DNA of 64,000 nucleotides from the human T2T-CHM13v2.0 reference genome, Homo sapiens: assembly GCF_009914755.1 (NCBI RefSeq), contig NC_060925.1, one strand, 5' to 3'. Shown in pieces: positions 11,739 to 25,050 of this stretch. A program made the position numbers and the translations under genes. Under the pieces are notes generated by a model. The model ran no database searches and was not told the origin of the DNA. It saw only the letters and a list, made by a program, of their open reading frames with translations. The number at the start of each line of letters is the position of its first letter. The stretch's first letter is position 1.

Positions 11739-13340
11739 GCAGCCCTTACTAAGCCGAGAGGTGTCATTCCTGCAGGCAGGACCTATAGGCACCTGAAGAT
11801 TTGAATGAAACTATAGTTCCATTTGGAAGCCCAGACATAGGATGGGTCAGTGGGCATGGCTCTATTCCTATTCTCAGAGCATGCCAGTGGCAACCTGTGC
11901 TCAGTCTGAAGACAATGGACCCACGTTAGGTGTGACACGTTCACATAACTGTGCAGCACATGCCGGGAGTGATCAGTCGGACATTTTAATTTGAACCACG
12001 TATCTCTGGGTAGCTACAAAATTCCTCAGGGATTTCATTTTGCAGGCATGTCTCTGAGCTTCTATACCTGCTCAAGGTCAGTGTCATCTTTGTGTTTAGC
12101 TCATCCAAAGGTGTTACCCTGGTTTCAATGAACCTAACCTCATTCTTTGTGTCTTCAGTGTTGGCTTGTTTTAGCTGATCCATCTGTAACACAGGAGGGA
12201 TCCTTGGCTGAGGATTGTATTTCAGAACCACCAACTGCTCTTGACAATTGTTAACCCGCTAGGCTCCTTTGGTTAGAGAAGCCACAGTCCTTCAGCCTCC
12301 AATTGGTGTCAGTACTTAGGAAGACCACAGCTAGATGGACAAACAGCATTGGGAGGCCTTAGCCCTGCTCCTCTCAATTCCATCCTGTAGAGAACAGGAG
12401 TCAGGAGCCGCTGGCAGGAGACAGCATGTCACCCAGGACTCTGCCGGTGCAGAATATGAGCAATGCCATGTTCTTGCAGAAAACGCTTAGCCTGAGTTTC
12501 ATAGGAGGTAATCACCAGACAACTGCAGAATGTAGAACACTGAGCAGGACAACTGACCTGTCTCCTTCACATAGTCCATATCACCACAAATCACACAACA
12601 AAAAGGAGAAGAGATATTTTGGGTTGAAAAAAAGTAAAAAGATAATGTAGCTGCATTTCTTTAGTTATTTTGAACCCCAAATATTTCCTCATCTTTTTGT
12701 TGTTGTCATGGATGGTGGTGACATGGACTTGTTTATAGAGGACAGGTCAGCTGTCTGGCTCAATGATCTACATTCTGAAGTTGTCTGAAAATGTCTTCAT
12801 GATTAAATTCAGCCTAAACTTTTTGACGGGAACACTGCAGAGACAATGCTGTGAGTTTCCAACCTCAGCCCATCTGCGGGCAGAGAAGGTCTAGTTTGTC
12901 CAACACCATTATGATATCAGGACTGGTTACTTGGTTAAGGAGGGGTCTAGGAGATCTGTCCCTTTTAGAGACACCTTACTTATAATGAAGTACTTGGGAA
13001 AGTGGTTTTCAAGAGTATAAATATCCTGTATTCTAATGATCATCCTCTAAACATTTTATCATTTATTAATCCTCCCTGCCTGTGTCTATTATTATATTCA
13101 TATCTCTACGCTGCAAATTTTGGGTCTCAATTTTTACTGTGCCTTTGTTTTTACTAGTGTCTGCTGTTGCAAAAAGAAGAAAACATTCTTTGCCTGAGTT
13201 TTAATTTTTGTCCAAAGTTAATTTTAATCTATACAATTAAAACCTTTTGCCTATCACTCTGGACTTTTGGATTGTTTTTTACATTCAGTGTTATAATATT
13301 TGATTATGCTGATTGGTTTTGGTGGGTACTGATGCGAATT

Positions 13341-13346
13341 AATAAA
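13341..13346 (+). terminator. Probable NBPF polyadenylation signal AATAAA
   Basis: AATAAA about 1.6 kb after the stop codon, followed by U/GU-rich sequence. Confidence 0.7.
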
Positions 13347-14719
13347 AACATTTCATTTCCATGTTTATTTTCTAATCTCTTCCACATTGTAGGCTATGTT
13401 TACCATACGTAGCAGAATGTATTTACATTTCTTGGTTCTAGTCATTTGTATTCTTCGTGAGTGTGTGTGTGTGTGTGTGTCTGTGTGTGTGTCTGTGTGT
13501 GCCTTTGGCATTTAGGAAGGGTTGTATAGCTCATGTTAAATATTGCACTAAAAATGTTTTTGATGGTTTTCCTCCCTTTGAACTAGACACACTTCTAATA
13601 TTTGGTTTATAGTTTTAAATTATAACTTTCAGCATCAAATATTTCCATACAACAGTCAATTACATGATGTGTTTTCTTTTTCCTACCTCCTTTACCTGCC
13701 ACTTCTCATAATAGTATTTGAACCTAAACATATACCGGTGACATTCTGTGATTATCATCCTGCCCCTACCTTGGTTTTTATCCATTGTGGTTTAGATCCA
13801 TAATGAAATATATTAACGCTCATGAGCTATTCAAAAGTGAATGTCACTGTCATCACTTGCTGAGTGGTACTCATCCTTAACAGAGTCCTCATGAGGGAAT
13901 CAGGTCTCGCTGAGTTTAGCATGTTTAATAATCTTTTCTCACGGTCTCGATACATGGATCACATTACTAGATATAAGGTGCTTGTCCAAAATGATTTTTC
14001 TGGAGCTTTTAGGAGATATTGTCATCCTTGGGGGACATACATGGTGTATGTTCTCATTGTGGGATTCTATTTTGTTCTACCAGGACCTCTAATTTCTGCC
14101 AGTTACTTCATTCATTTGTTCTCTTCGCCATGAGTCTCCAGAGGATACTTCCATGGTCCGTGCCTCCCCATCTCCCAGCAATTCTGCATTTCCAAGATTG
14201 GCACCTCTGGTCCTCTGCACGGTGAAGCCCCTTCCTTTCAATTCCCCAGTAGCCAGTGCTCTAATCCACCAGGTCTCAGGCATGATCTATGTTTCTCCAC
14301 ACTCGCTTTCTGAGGAGAGTTTTGCCTGGGTTCTATCATGAACAGGCCCTCCCTGCTGTCCTGGCCTCTATTTGCATAGTGTTTCCTGCTCCCTCTGCCG
14401 TCGTGTGGCTCCCAGTCCTGGCTAAAGAAAATCACCTGAGGGCCACAGTGTTCCCTAGCCCTGGTGTTTAGGGCAGGATTATGGGTGAGATTTTTGAGTC
14501 TCTAAGTTGACCCCTATGGCTCTGAAGTGTAAGTTGAGAAATTCAGCTGTTATCATCCTAGGTGGACTTGCTCCCTCCTATCCTCCTACTTCAAATGCAG
14601 AACTTCAATCGTTTACAAAAGAAGACTGAATCGTATAATAGAACACACCCTTATTCATTGGCTGGCTTCACCAATCATCTCATGGCTGAACTTGTAAAAA
14701 TACAATCTTAGCCACATAC

Positions 14720-15040
14720 CTATGAAATGTATATGTGTGTGTATATATATACATGAATTTGCTTCTGAGATTATGGAGGCTGAAATTCCCAAGATGGAAG
14801 GAAAGCTGGATATCCAGGAAAGCATTTGTTTCCCATTAGGCCTCTTAATTCTCTCCTGGCCCTTGATTGATTGCATGAGGCCCACCCCTATTAAGGAGGG
14901 CAATCTGCTTCACTTAGTCTGCCCATCCCAATGTTAATCGTATCTGAAAGACTCTCTGGAACACAACCAGAATCATGTTTGGCCAAATGTCCTGGCACCC
15001 TGGTGCTCGGTCACAGTGACAACTACAAGTAACTATCACA
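14720..15040. mobile_element. MLT2-family (HERV-L) LTR remnant
   Basis: Motifs such as attatggaggctga, gaggcccacc...gagggcaatctgctt and the terminal aactatcaca resemble MLT2. Confidence 0.7.
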
Positions 15041-15747
15041 CATGCCCTTTGTCATATTGGTGATTTCCACTGTTTTTCTCCCAAACTGCAGCTTATATTT
15101 GTTCTCTTAATACTGTTGAGCAAAAACTTTTAATTTTTATAAAGTCGAATTTATCAATGTTTTCTTCAATGGTTTGTGTTTATTGATAATAAAGAACACT
15201 TTGCCTAACTCTGTGTCATGAAGATTTTGTCTTATATTTTCTGCTATACTTTTTCTAGTTTTATAGTTTATATTTAGTTGCATAATCCATTTTGAGTTAA
15301 TTTTTGAGTTAGTATTGAGGTTCAGGTGAATTTTTTTCCTATGGGGATAAAGAAAAACAAATTGTGTAAAAAAAGTTGTTTCTACACAATTTGTTGACAA
15401 GAGAATGCCTTCTCCACTGAATCATATTTGCACCTTTGTCAATCCATTGGGTGGTTGAGACTGGTGAGAGGACTGTCCTGGTGTTTGGACAGAGAGACAG
15501 GGCATGAAGTAGGGTGGTTCTTATGGGAAAAATTAAGGAAGACACATTTTTGCATGAGGAATAGGAAATCCCCAAGCACAATTGGGGGTACCTTCTACCA
15601 GCATGTTGTAGCACACTCATCTGTGCTCTACCTGTCCTGCTGCAAAAGCTTGGGTGTGCATAGACACTGAGGTTGAGTGGTGTCTTTGGGCATTTTGAGC
15701 ATTGACACCAAAGTTCCAGCATCAAATCTTAGAATATCAAGCAGCCA

Positions 15748-16006
15748 GATGGATCACCTGAGGTCAGGAGTTCACGACCAGCCTGACTAACATGGTGAAA
15801 CCCCATCTCTACTAAATACAAAAAAATTAGCCAGGCATGATGGTGCATGCCTGTAATCTGAGCTACTTGGGAGGCTGAGACAGGAGAATCGCTTGTGTAC
15901 CTGGGAGGTGGAGGTTGCAGTGAGCTGAGATCACACCATTGCACTCCAGCCTGGGCAACGAGAGCAAAACGCTATCCCCCCGCAAAAAAAAATAAATAAA
16001 AATAAA
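15748..16006 (+). mobile_element. 5'-truncated Alu with 17-bp TSD AGAATATCAAGCAGCCA
   Basis: TSD copies at 15731-15747 and 16007-16023. Confidence 0.9.
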
Positions 16007-16949
16007 AGAATATCAAGCAGCCAAAGAAGCAGGAAAACATGACACATAATGAAGAATCTAATAATCTAGTTGAAATTGACAGACATGTTGGAAATAGAAG
16101 AAAAGAACATTAGAGCAGTTAGTATAATTGTATTTTAATTAAATAGGGAGGTTGAAGATTTTTTAAATATCAAATTCTGTAAATAAAAAGTATGATTTAC
16201 AGTCTGAAATGGAAGAAGGCAGTGGATTAAACATTGCAGAAGAGAAGATTATTGAACTAGAAGGAATACAAGTTGAAACTAACATAAATCAAACACACAG
16301 TAACAAATGACATGAAAACATAAAAAGACCATCGGCATCAAAACTTTAAACCCCCTAGTATAGGGCTAAATGGAATCCCTGAAGGGCGTGTAGTGGAGAA
16401 GAGAGACAAAGATATTTAAAACATACTGGATGAAAGATTTAGAAGCTCCATGGAAACCATAAACTTCAAATATTACAGAAATATGATTATTCTAAGAACA
16501 AGAAACATGAAGAAAACTTCACCAAGGAACGCCTTAATCAAATCCATCAAAACCAGTGATAAAAAGGAAATCCTAAGAAGAATAAAAAGGGAAAGAACAT
16601 GTTACATACAGAGCACTAAATATAATGATGGCATAAGATTTCTCATACAAACAAGAAGTTTGCAATAAAGTACTTAAAAAAAAGAAAAACTGTCACCTAC
16701 AATTCTACACCTGGCCAAATTATCTTTTAAAAATAAACATGAGAAAAAGTATTTTTGAACAGAAAACAAAATGATCTCAATTTGCAGATGGTGTGATCCT
16801 ATGCATAGAAAATCCCAAATAATACCTACAGATGCAAACACACATACATGCACACAGAGGCCAGACACACACACACACACACACACACTCACATACACAC
16901 ACTACTAGAGTTAATAAGCGAATTCAGCAAACTTTCAGCAAACAATCAG

Positions 16950-18615
16950 TAAAAGAGGACGCAAACAAATGGAAGAACATTCCATGCTCATGGATAGGAA
17001 GAATCAATATCATGAAAATGGCCATACTGCCCAAGGTAATTTATAGATTCAATGCCATCCCCATCAAGCTACCACTGACTTTCTTCACAGAACTGGAAAA
17101 AAAACTACTTTAAACTTCATATGGAACCAAAAAAGGGCCCTCATAGCCAACATAATCCTAAGCAAAAAGAACAAAGCTGGAGGCATCATGCTACCTGACT
17201 TCAAACTATACTACAAGGCTACAGTAAACAAAACAGCATGGTACTGGTACCAAAACAGAGATATAGACCAATGGAACAGAACAGAGGCCTCAGAAATAAC
17301 ACCACACGTCTACAACCATCTGATCTTTGACAAAATGACAAAAACAAGCAATAGGGAAAGGATTCCCTATTTAATAAATAGTGCTGGAAAAACTGGCTAG
17401 CCATACGTAGAAAGCTGAAACTGGATCCATTCCTTACACCTTACACAAAAATTAACTCAAGATGGATTAAAGACTTAAATGTAAGTCATAACACCATGAA
17501 AACCCTAGAAGAAAACCTAGGTAATACCATTCAGGACATAGGCATGGGCAAAGACTTCATGATCAAAACACCAAAAGCAATGGCAACAAAAGCCAAAATT
17601 GACAAATGGGATCTAATTAAACTAAAGAGCTTCTGCACAGCAAAAGAAACTATCATCAGAGAGAACAGGCAACCGACAGAATGGGAGAAAATTTTTGCAA
17701 TCTATCCATCTGACAAAGGGCTAATATCCAGAATCTACAAAGAACTTCAACAAATTTACAAGAAAAAAAAAAAACCCCATCAAAAAGAGGGCAAAGGATA
17801 TGAACAGACACTTCTCAAAAGAAGACATTTATGCAGCCAACAGACATATGAAAAAATGCTCATCATCACTGGTCATCAGAGAAATGCAAATCAAAACCAC
17901 AATGAGATACCACTCATGCCAGTTAGAATGATGATCATTAAAAAGTCAGGAAACAACAGATGCTGTAGAGGATGTGGAGAAATAGGAACGCTTTTACACT
18001 CTTGGTGGGAGTATAAATTAGTTCAACCATTGTGGAAGACAGTGTGGCAATTCCTCAAGGATCTAGAACTAGAAATACCATTTGACCCAGCAATCTCATT
18101 ACTGGGTGAATACCCAAAGGATTATAAATCATGCTACTATAAAGACATGTGCACACCTATGTTTATTGAGGCACTATTCACAATAGCAAAGACTTGGAAC
18201 TAACCCAAATGTCCGTCAATAATAGACTAGATAAAGAAAATGTGGCACATATACACCAAAGAATACTATGCAGCCATAAAAAAGGATGAGTTCATGTCTT
18301 TTGCAGGGACATGCATGAAGCTAGAAATCGTGATTCTCAGCAAAATATCACAAGGACAGAAAACCAAACTCCGCATGTTCTCACTCTTAAGTGGGAGTTG
18401 ACCAATGAGAACACATGGACACAGGGAGGGGAACATCACACACTGGGGCCTGTTGTGGGGTAGGAGGCTGGGGGAGGGATAGCGTTAGGAGAAATACCTA
18501 ATGTAAATGATGAGTTGATGGGTGCAGCAAACCAACATGGCACACGTACACCTATATAACAAACCTGCACGTTGTGCACATATACCCTAGAACTTAAAGT
18601 ATTTTTTTAAAAAAA
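16950..18615 (+). mobile_element. L1PA 3' portion (ORF2 C-terminal part plus 3'UTR), decayed
   Basis: ORF2 peptides at 16832..18203 with frameshifts; typical 3'UTR and A tail. Confidence 0.93.
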
Positions 18616-18619
18616 AGAT

Positions 18620-20040
18620 TATTTCTTTGAATAAGCGTTCTACTCTTTGCTCCTTCTCAACTCCCTCTTTAAGGCCAATGAATCTTTGATTTTCTCTTTT
18701 CAGGCCCTCTTCTAGATCTCTTAAGCATTCTGTGTTCCTGCTCATTCTTCTTTTCTTTTTTCTCCTCTGACTGTATTTTCAAATAGCTTGTTTGCATGCT
18801 CACTAATTCTTTCTTCTGCTTGATCAATTCTACTGAGACCCACTAATGCATTTTCCAGCTCCAGCATTTGATTTTTTTCTCTTACTTCAGTAATCTTGTT
18901 AAATTTCTGATATATTTCTGAATTGTTTCTCTGTGTTTTCTTGAAGTTCATTGAGCTTTCTCAAAATAGCTATTCTGAATTCCCTGAGAGGTTACACATC
19001 TCCATCTCTCCAGGGTTGGTCACTGAGTGCCTTACTTGGTCCATTTGTTGAGGTCATATTGGCTTCAATGTTATTGATACTGTTGATGTTTGTCAATATC
19101 TGGGCATTGAAGGATAAGGTATTTATTCCAGCCTTTGCAGTCAGGTCTTGTTTCTACCTGTCCTTCAGAGGACCTTCCAGGAATTCAAAGTGGGCTGACG
19201 AGTTCCCTAAGCCAGTGATCACTGCAGCCATTTTTGTACTACAGGGCACCCTAGGCCCAGGTACACTGCAATTCTTACAGATTGTTAGGTCTCCAGCCCT
19301 GTGGACTTGGGAAAGATCAGGGATTATTCTCTGCATTCCCAGGTAAAGCCCCTAGCTTACTTTCCTTTCTTTCCCCCAAGCAAAAGGAATCTCTCTTCAG
19401 GCTGCACTGCCTGGAGTGTGGGGAGGTGTGATACAGGCATTTCCATAGCTGCTGCAGCTGCTGCCGTCATACTGGCTCACACCACAAGTCCAGGGTGTTC
19501 CAGACCTATGCAGCATCAGGGCTTGCCCAAGGACTGCGGCCACTACAGCCTGCCTGCCACTGAAATTTATTTGTAGCCCAATAAATTTCCAGTGATAAAG
19601 CTGGCCAGAATTTTGGTGGGTTCTTCCTCCTGGGGTAGCTGATTCCCCTGTGGCCCAGGGTGGGTCTAAATGCTTCTTTTGTGGGCACCAGCCTGGAATC
19701 AAGTGCTGTGGGGTTCTGTCCAGTGTCATGTGTCACTATGGCAAGACTAAGTTTCAATATAAAGTCCCACATTTTCCTCTTTGTCCCCAAGCCATTAGAT
19801 TCTCTCTCAGAGAATTTCCTGTGGTTGGGGGAGAGGTGTCATAGGCAATGCAAGACTGTCCTTCCTCCCTTCTTCAATGCATCTTTTCTTGTTATCATGT
19901 TAAAACCAGGTGCTATGATCTCTCACCTGGTTAGCCCTCGTGAGAGTGTTTTCTTGCATAGATAGTTGTTCAATTTGATGTTCCTTCAGGGAGACCATTG
20001 CTGGAGAATTCTATTCTACCATCTTACTCCACCTTTTACC
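18620..20040 (-). mobile_element. Old L1M 5'/ORF1 region
   Basis: ORF1-like peptide at 18742..18951 (RIDQAEERISE); boundaries approximate. Confidence 0.6.
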
Positions 20041-20589
20041 TGTTTATTTTTTAAATGTTTCTAGTAAATAATTGTGAAGTGATACGTTTATTTTAATCTT
20101 GGGGATCAAAAGCATGTAGCTAAGAACTTTTCCCAAGGAATATTTTAAAATTTTTATATCAATGTTTATGGAATGACATACTTTTTGATTCAAGGTTCTT
20201 AAATGTAGTTTTAGTTTTGATTCAATGTTATAGAACACTGTTTTTTTAAACTGTGATCTGCAGCCCACATGTAATGGAATCATCTGGGGTGCTTATATTA
20301 AAAAAATGCAGATTCTAGGGCTCACACCAACTAAATCTCCTGGGATTGGAGACCAGGAGGTAGTTCCTATAATCTCCACAGCTGCTTCTAAGGTACACCA
20401 AGTTTAAGAACCATTCTTTCATATTTTCAGACTGGGGATTCTTACAAAATGACAAAGAAGGAAAACCTTAATCTTTTAAAGTTAGAGTTCAAGCATTAGA
20501 CTGTGCACTTCTTAAACACAGTTTGTCTTTCCCATTTTCTCTTTCCAGTTCTTTATACTGTCAAGGAATTGGGGCAGAAATGGGAAACA

Positions 20590-21669
20590 AAGCAGTGAAA
20601 GAACAACTATTTATTTCTTTATACACATTTTGCTTTAACAATCACCAAAAAGACTTTCATTTTCTGTCACCCACCCTGTCCACCAGTTATGTTGGCCTTC
20701 AATATATGGCGTTAGCAACATAAATAAATCTGTATCATACATCTATACACACAAGCACATTCTATCAAAACTGTGAAGACACAGACTAGGCTTTACTATG
20801 GCTGGGGGCCTCTCCCATGCCACTTAAAAATGAGCACAGGTTTGCTCTATGCAAGAATTTCAACAGAATTGGTCTGGCCATCAGTCCCCAATTTCCCCGA
20901 GGTAAGATAGGACGACAAAATGGGACAAGATATTTGAAGTGAGGTCAGTCCAATTTGGATATCATAGAAGAAAAGAAATAGGATGTGCTAGGTTAAGCCT
21001 GAGATGGTATCTGGGAAGTCACCACATTCATGATGTGAACTCAAAGAACGCAGGTGCTACAGTGCAGACCAAAACCCAGCCTGACTTGACCCAACAGGGT
21101 CAGGTGTGGATCTGTGAGTAGTGCTCACTGAGCCCCCACGAGCAGTGTCTGGCAGGGCACCGCTGCTCCGTAGTGTGCTTTTAGAACCTGCCAGAGGAGC
21201 TCCAGCAATAGGACCACGTGCCCCATTCATCAGAATCAGGGTCCTATATTCACTGAGTTTTCCATCTCAGGACAGCTGATGAGGCAAGAAATGTGCTCTT
21301 GCTAGTTCCCAAGCTGCTGGGGCTGTTGAGAGGCAGGATCACAAAACCTTCTGTGCAAACTACGCATCTTTTTCTTAGTGCTGGGCCAAGTGGACCTTGG
21401 CTAATCGTATTCCATAGCTGTCAGAAAGGCTTTCTGCCTTTCTGCCAGCTCCACCAGGATACAACTCTGACTCCCTCTTCTGGACCCTCCAGTGGACTTG
21501 GAGGAATGAGGCCCAGATGCTCCTCAGCAGATAGGTAGCTGCACAAAAGGGGGACAGGCCAACCTTTCCTGCTGTTTTAAGGACTTCCGGTGGCTGCGCT
21601 TCTTGCATGGTTCCTGGAAGGCAAGGGTCACAAGGCTGGAGTACATGGCAGAGCCCTTAGGGATTTCAC
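20590..21669 (-). pseudogene. PDE4DIP-like terminal exon and 3'UTR; alternative acceptors at 21669 (VKSLRALPCTPAL*) and 21613 (EPCKKRSHRKSLKQQERLACPPFVQLPIC*)
   Basis: Translated by hand; both C-termini recalled from PDE4DIP isoforms. Confidence 0.82.
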
Positions 21670-23333
21670 CTGCAGACAAACATAAAACAAACCAAATCAG
21701 TGTATATTGCCAGGCCCTACTGATGGCTACCCGAAGCTGGAGTGAGAACTATGGGGTGACCAAAGCCAGGAGCACAGTGAGAGCCAGTTAAGAGGATGAG
21801 CTAAGAGCATGCACTGCAGTCTGGAGAAGCAACAGGTGCCCGAGGTTAGGGGGAGCCTCCCCACCTCCCTGTGTCCTGAGATCCCTGCTCCAATTCACTG
21901 CACACTGGGTGGCTGGATCCTACCACTCCCTCTTCAGGGGCCAAGTGACTCTCCAAATCACTTTGTCTCAGCAGAAAGGGGCCTTTGTCATCTCCACCCA
22001 AGAAAGAAGTGCTTAGCATGAAACATGCACATATAGAAGCAGCCTGTTGTAGGAAGAAGAGGACACTCTGCAGGGAAGTCCTCTGTTAAGTTTATGTCCA
22101 GTCGCCATAATGAGGATGTGGAGGGGCCAAGTCCACAGGGACCTCAGAGCTCAACTAAGTCCAGTTCCATCTTTGACAGGTGAGGGTGCAGCAGTCTCAC
22201 AGAGACTAAGGGACAAGCCAAAGCCACACACCAGTTAGTGATAAGCCAGGGATTAGGACCGAGGCCTCTGGTCCTTTCCAGTGATCTGTGGGAGGTGGAG
22301 GGGAAAGCTTCCACACTGGAGAAAACCAGTGGATACTAGAAACATTTGGGTTACCTTTCAGTGGATACTAGAGACTTTTTGGATTACCTTTTCTGGGACA
22401 GGAATAAGGCTTTACAGAGGCAATCCTGTAAGTGCTGCTCTAAAGAGGCTCAGGAAAGAGAAGAATTATCAGAGAAAAACAAAACGGAATTAGTTTAGAA
22501 AAAAAAAAGTGCAAGTTAAACTGGCCCAAGTCATTTTCACACTATGGAGATCAACATTCTCTCAGGTTATGGTTTAGAAACATTTCTAGGAATATGCTCA
22601 ATTGCTTATGGCAAAGCTTTGAAGTCCACGTTAAAAGGTTTAGTTTCTGATTTTTAAACCATTTCATATACCTCAAGTTTTTCTTCAAAGCAATTCCTAG
22701 GGAATGATTAAACACTTAGTGTTTTAAGTAAATGTAGATAATGTCTGATATATATATAACATTTTTCCCCTGAAGGTTCAGTTGTTATTTATTAACAAAT
22801 TCTCTTTTAGACAAATGAGACCCAACAGATCTCTTTTGTCGTGTTACTTAAAGAAATATCAAAATCAAATTGCTGTTCTTAACCCAGGAGTGTGCAGTGA
22901 AATCAGTTTATTAGGTTGCAAATTGCTTTTACTTTTTCATGAAGAGTAGAACACATAACTGGCCTCAAGATCCCTCTACCAAAAGCTCATTCAGAGGCAG
23001 ACTCCCAAATGTCTAATGACTTCCAGAGTGAGCTGAATTGCATTTCTCCAGTCTCCTGACCTGGCATCAACGAAGAAAAATTGGAGTAAAAAGGAGAGAT
23101 GAGGACAATGTGAGAGTGAACCAAGATACAGGGGCAGGAGCTGATGGGGTGGGAGGGTGATGGGAACAGAAACTAGCAGGAAGCCCACTGAGGACCTGTG
23201 ATCTTACAAGTGGACTGGAAATCTTCTCCTGGAAGGCGAAAGCAGGCCAAGCGTCACCTACAAGATCTGCTAACAGATGGTGATGGGTTGGGGACAGGCT
23301 TGGTGCCTCTGACTGGTGCAGTAGTTTCCTTAA

Positions 23334-23380
23334 CTCTAGGTTAGTCCTTGCCTTCTTTAAAACATCATGTGTTCTGGTTA
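23334..23380 (-). pseudogene. PDE4DIP-like exon LTRTHDVLKKARTNLE, with the donor reading TT instead of GT
   Basis: ...CTAGAG|TTAAGG on the minus strand. Confidence 0.82.
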
Positions 23381-23685
23381 CTGAAACAACAAAAGAGCAC
23401 CACAGAGTAGAAATCATCAGCAGAAATTAACCCTACTTGCTTAGCATGAGAATGCTAAAGCATTTATTTCTCTCTGGCCATTCAGCTTGGAGTTTCCTGC
23501 TATCCACCCCCTGTCCTCCCCTCCCTCTGCATCCACAACTGCTCGGGGCACAGGAGGTTTGGGGACATCAAATCAGCCTCAACTCCCAACATCCCCAAGC
23601 CCCCCAGTCACTGCTCATCAGCAGCACAAGTGGGGCATCGGGAAGACTGCCTGTTTCTTCCCCCATTCCCTCTCAGGGAACCTAC

Positions 23686-23824
23686 GCTGGCTGACGATGA
23701 ACTGCTCCATGCTCTCTTTCTGCTGGTTGGCGATCTTCAGATGCTCAGCTGTGCTCTGAAGGAGCCACTCCTGTTTGGATACTTTGGTTCTCAGTTCTAG
23801 AAGTTCCCTTTCTGTCGATTCTCT
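23686..23824 (-). pseudogene. PDE4DIP-like exon RESTERELLELRTKVSKQEWLLQSTAEHLKIANQQKESMEQFIVSQ
   Basis: Translated by hand; canonical AG and GTAGG. Confidence 0.88.
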
Positions 23825-24906
23825 CTGGATAAGAGGAACAGACTCTTACTGACCAGGCAGAAGACATAAAGCACCCTGTGCTTTGTGGCTCTTTCCAGTT
23901 CAAAGGATTCTACAATCTTCTCAACCCTCCTGAACTGGATTTCCTCCTTCACAGCCTTGAATACCTCCAGCTGAGGACAGTTTAGGATGAGGCCATTAGG
24001 CAGGAATAATGAGACTCTGGAATTCCCCATGCAGACTAGCACAGGCCTACACACCTGTAGCTTAAGAGAACCTCGCCTCAGGCTGGTATCAAACTCCCAA
24101 CTCTGAAGAGGACCTTGCTTTAGTCCTGATATCAGTTCTGTCACTCTCCCTTCACAGGTAAGATTGAGAGTTCAGAAGTGTTATGCTGGGGAGAGAGATC
24201 TGGACTCAGGAAAGTTTGCAAGTTTGTAAATATTTGTGCCAACATGAAGATGGCACAACACCCTCTCCCTGGAATTAGCATAGTTGGATCCAAAAGGTAT
24301 TGGTGCCATTGACCTGGAAGTAGAATCCCTGGGGAGGGGATCCTGAAACCTGCCTACATGAGGGTCTGCCAATCAGAGTTAGCCTGAGCTCTGAGCAGAT
24401 CCTGAGGGGAGGCTGACTTTCCCCAGGCCTGGTCCAGCAATGCCAGCTTAAGTTGTATGTTGGGATTCCAGGCAGTGGCTAAAAAGGCTCAGTCTCATGG
24501 GGGCATTCTGTGATCATTTGACCACGGGACCTGTGGGGTGGGAGATGTGCTAAAGCTTTAACTGAATTTCAGCTCATCCAAACTTCAGAGAGGTAAAGAA
24601 ACTGAACATTTATGGATTGCCAGGGTTATGATGTCTCCGCCTTCTCCACACTCCTTCCTCCTCTTCTTTGATTTCTTATCCAGGGGTCAGGGGGCTGGTG
24701 GGGAATGGGATGTATTTAGAGCTGCAATGAAAGCAGCCACCAAGGGTCAGAGATGTCCCTCCAGGGACACTCCTCTAAGTTCCTGTCTATCCCAATTCAC
24801 TGTGTGGCTCCTGATTTTCTGGAAAAGCTGTGACACTGAGGAGACAGAACAGTATTGGAGGGCAGGAGAACTGGGTTTGAACCAAGAAAGGACACTGGCG
24901 TCTTAC

Positions 24907-25050
24907 CACTTTGCCAGGCAGCACAGGGATGTGGGTGCTTGGCAGGGCCACTCTCCAGAACATGGTGAGGAGGGAAGCCGACTCCTCTAGGGCATGGTGC
25001 AGGGCACTGGTGCTGCTCCAAAGCTCATGAATGCCTTTGCTGCCTAGCAC
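24907..25050 (-). pseudogene. PDE4DIP-like exon VLGSKGIHELWSSTSALHHALEESASLLTMFWRVALPSTHIPVLPGKV
   Basis: Canonical AG and GTAAG. Confidence 0.9.

Larger units (their letters stand above)
909..13365 (+). other. NBPF11: NBPF family gene, 3' portion (Olduvai/DUF1220 CON2-HLS1-HLS2-HLS3-CON3 plus 3'UTR); most like NBPF11
   Basis: Ten exons with canonical acceptors encoding Olduvai doublets, spaced about 1.5-1.9 kb apart. The frameshifted C-terminus ...[15 protein letters not shown]...KTHHAPGSAAC* matches my recollection of NBPF11. Family call is very confident; paralogue call is moderate. Confidence 0.7.

Noticed and set aside
4856-12200. Regularly spaced repeats that superficially resemble an array or CRISPR
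   Set aside because: These are 1.5-1.9 kb Olduvai exon-doublet units in eukaryotic DNA, with no repeat-spacer structure.
17496-18203. Longest ORF in the window (235 aa)
   Set aside because: A frameshifted L1 ORF2 C-terminal fragment, not a gene.
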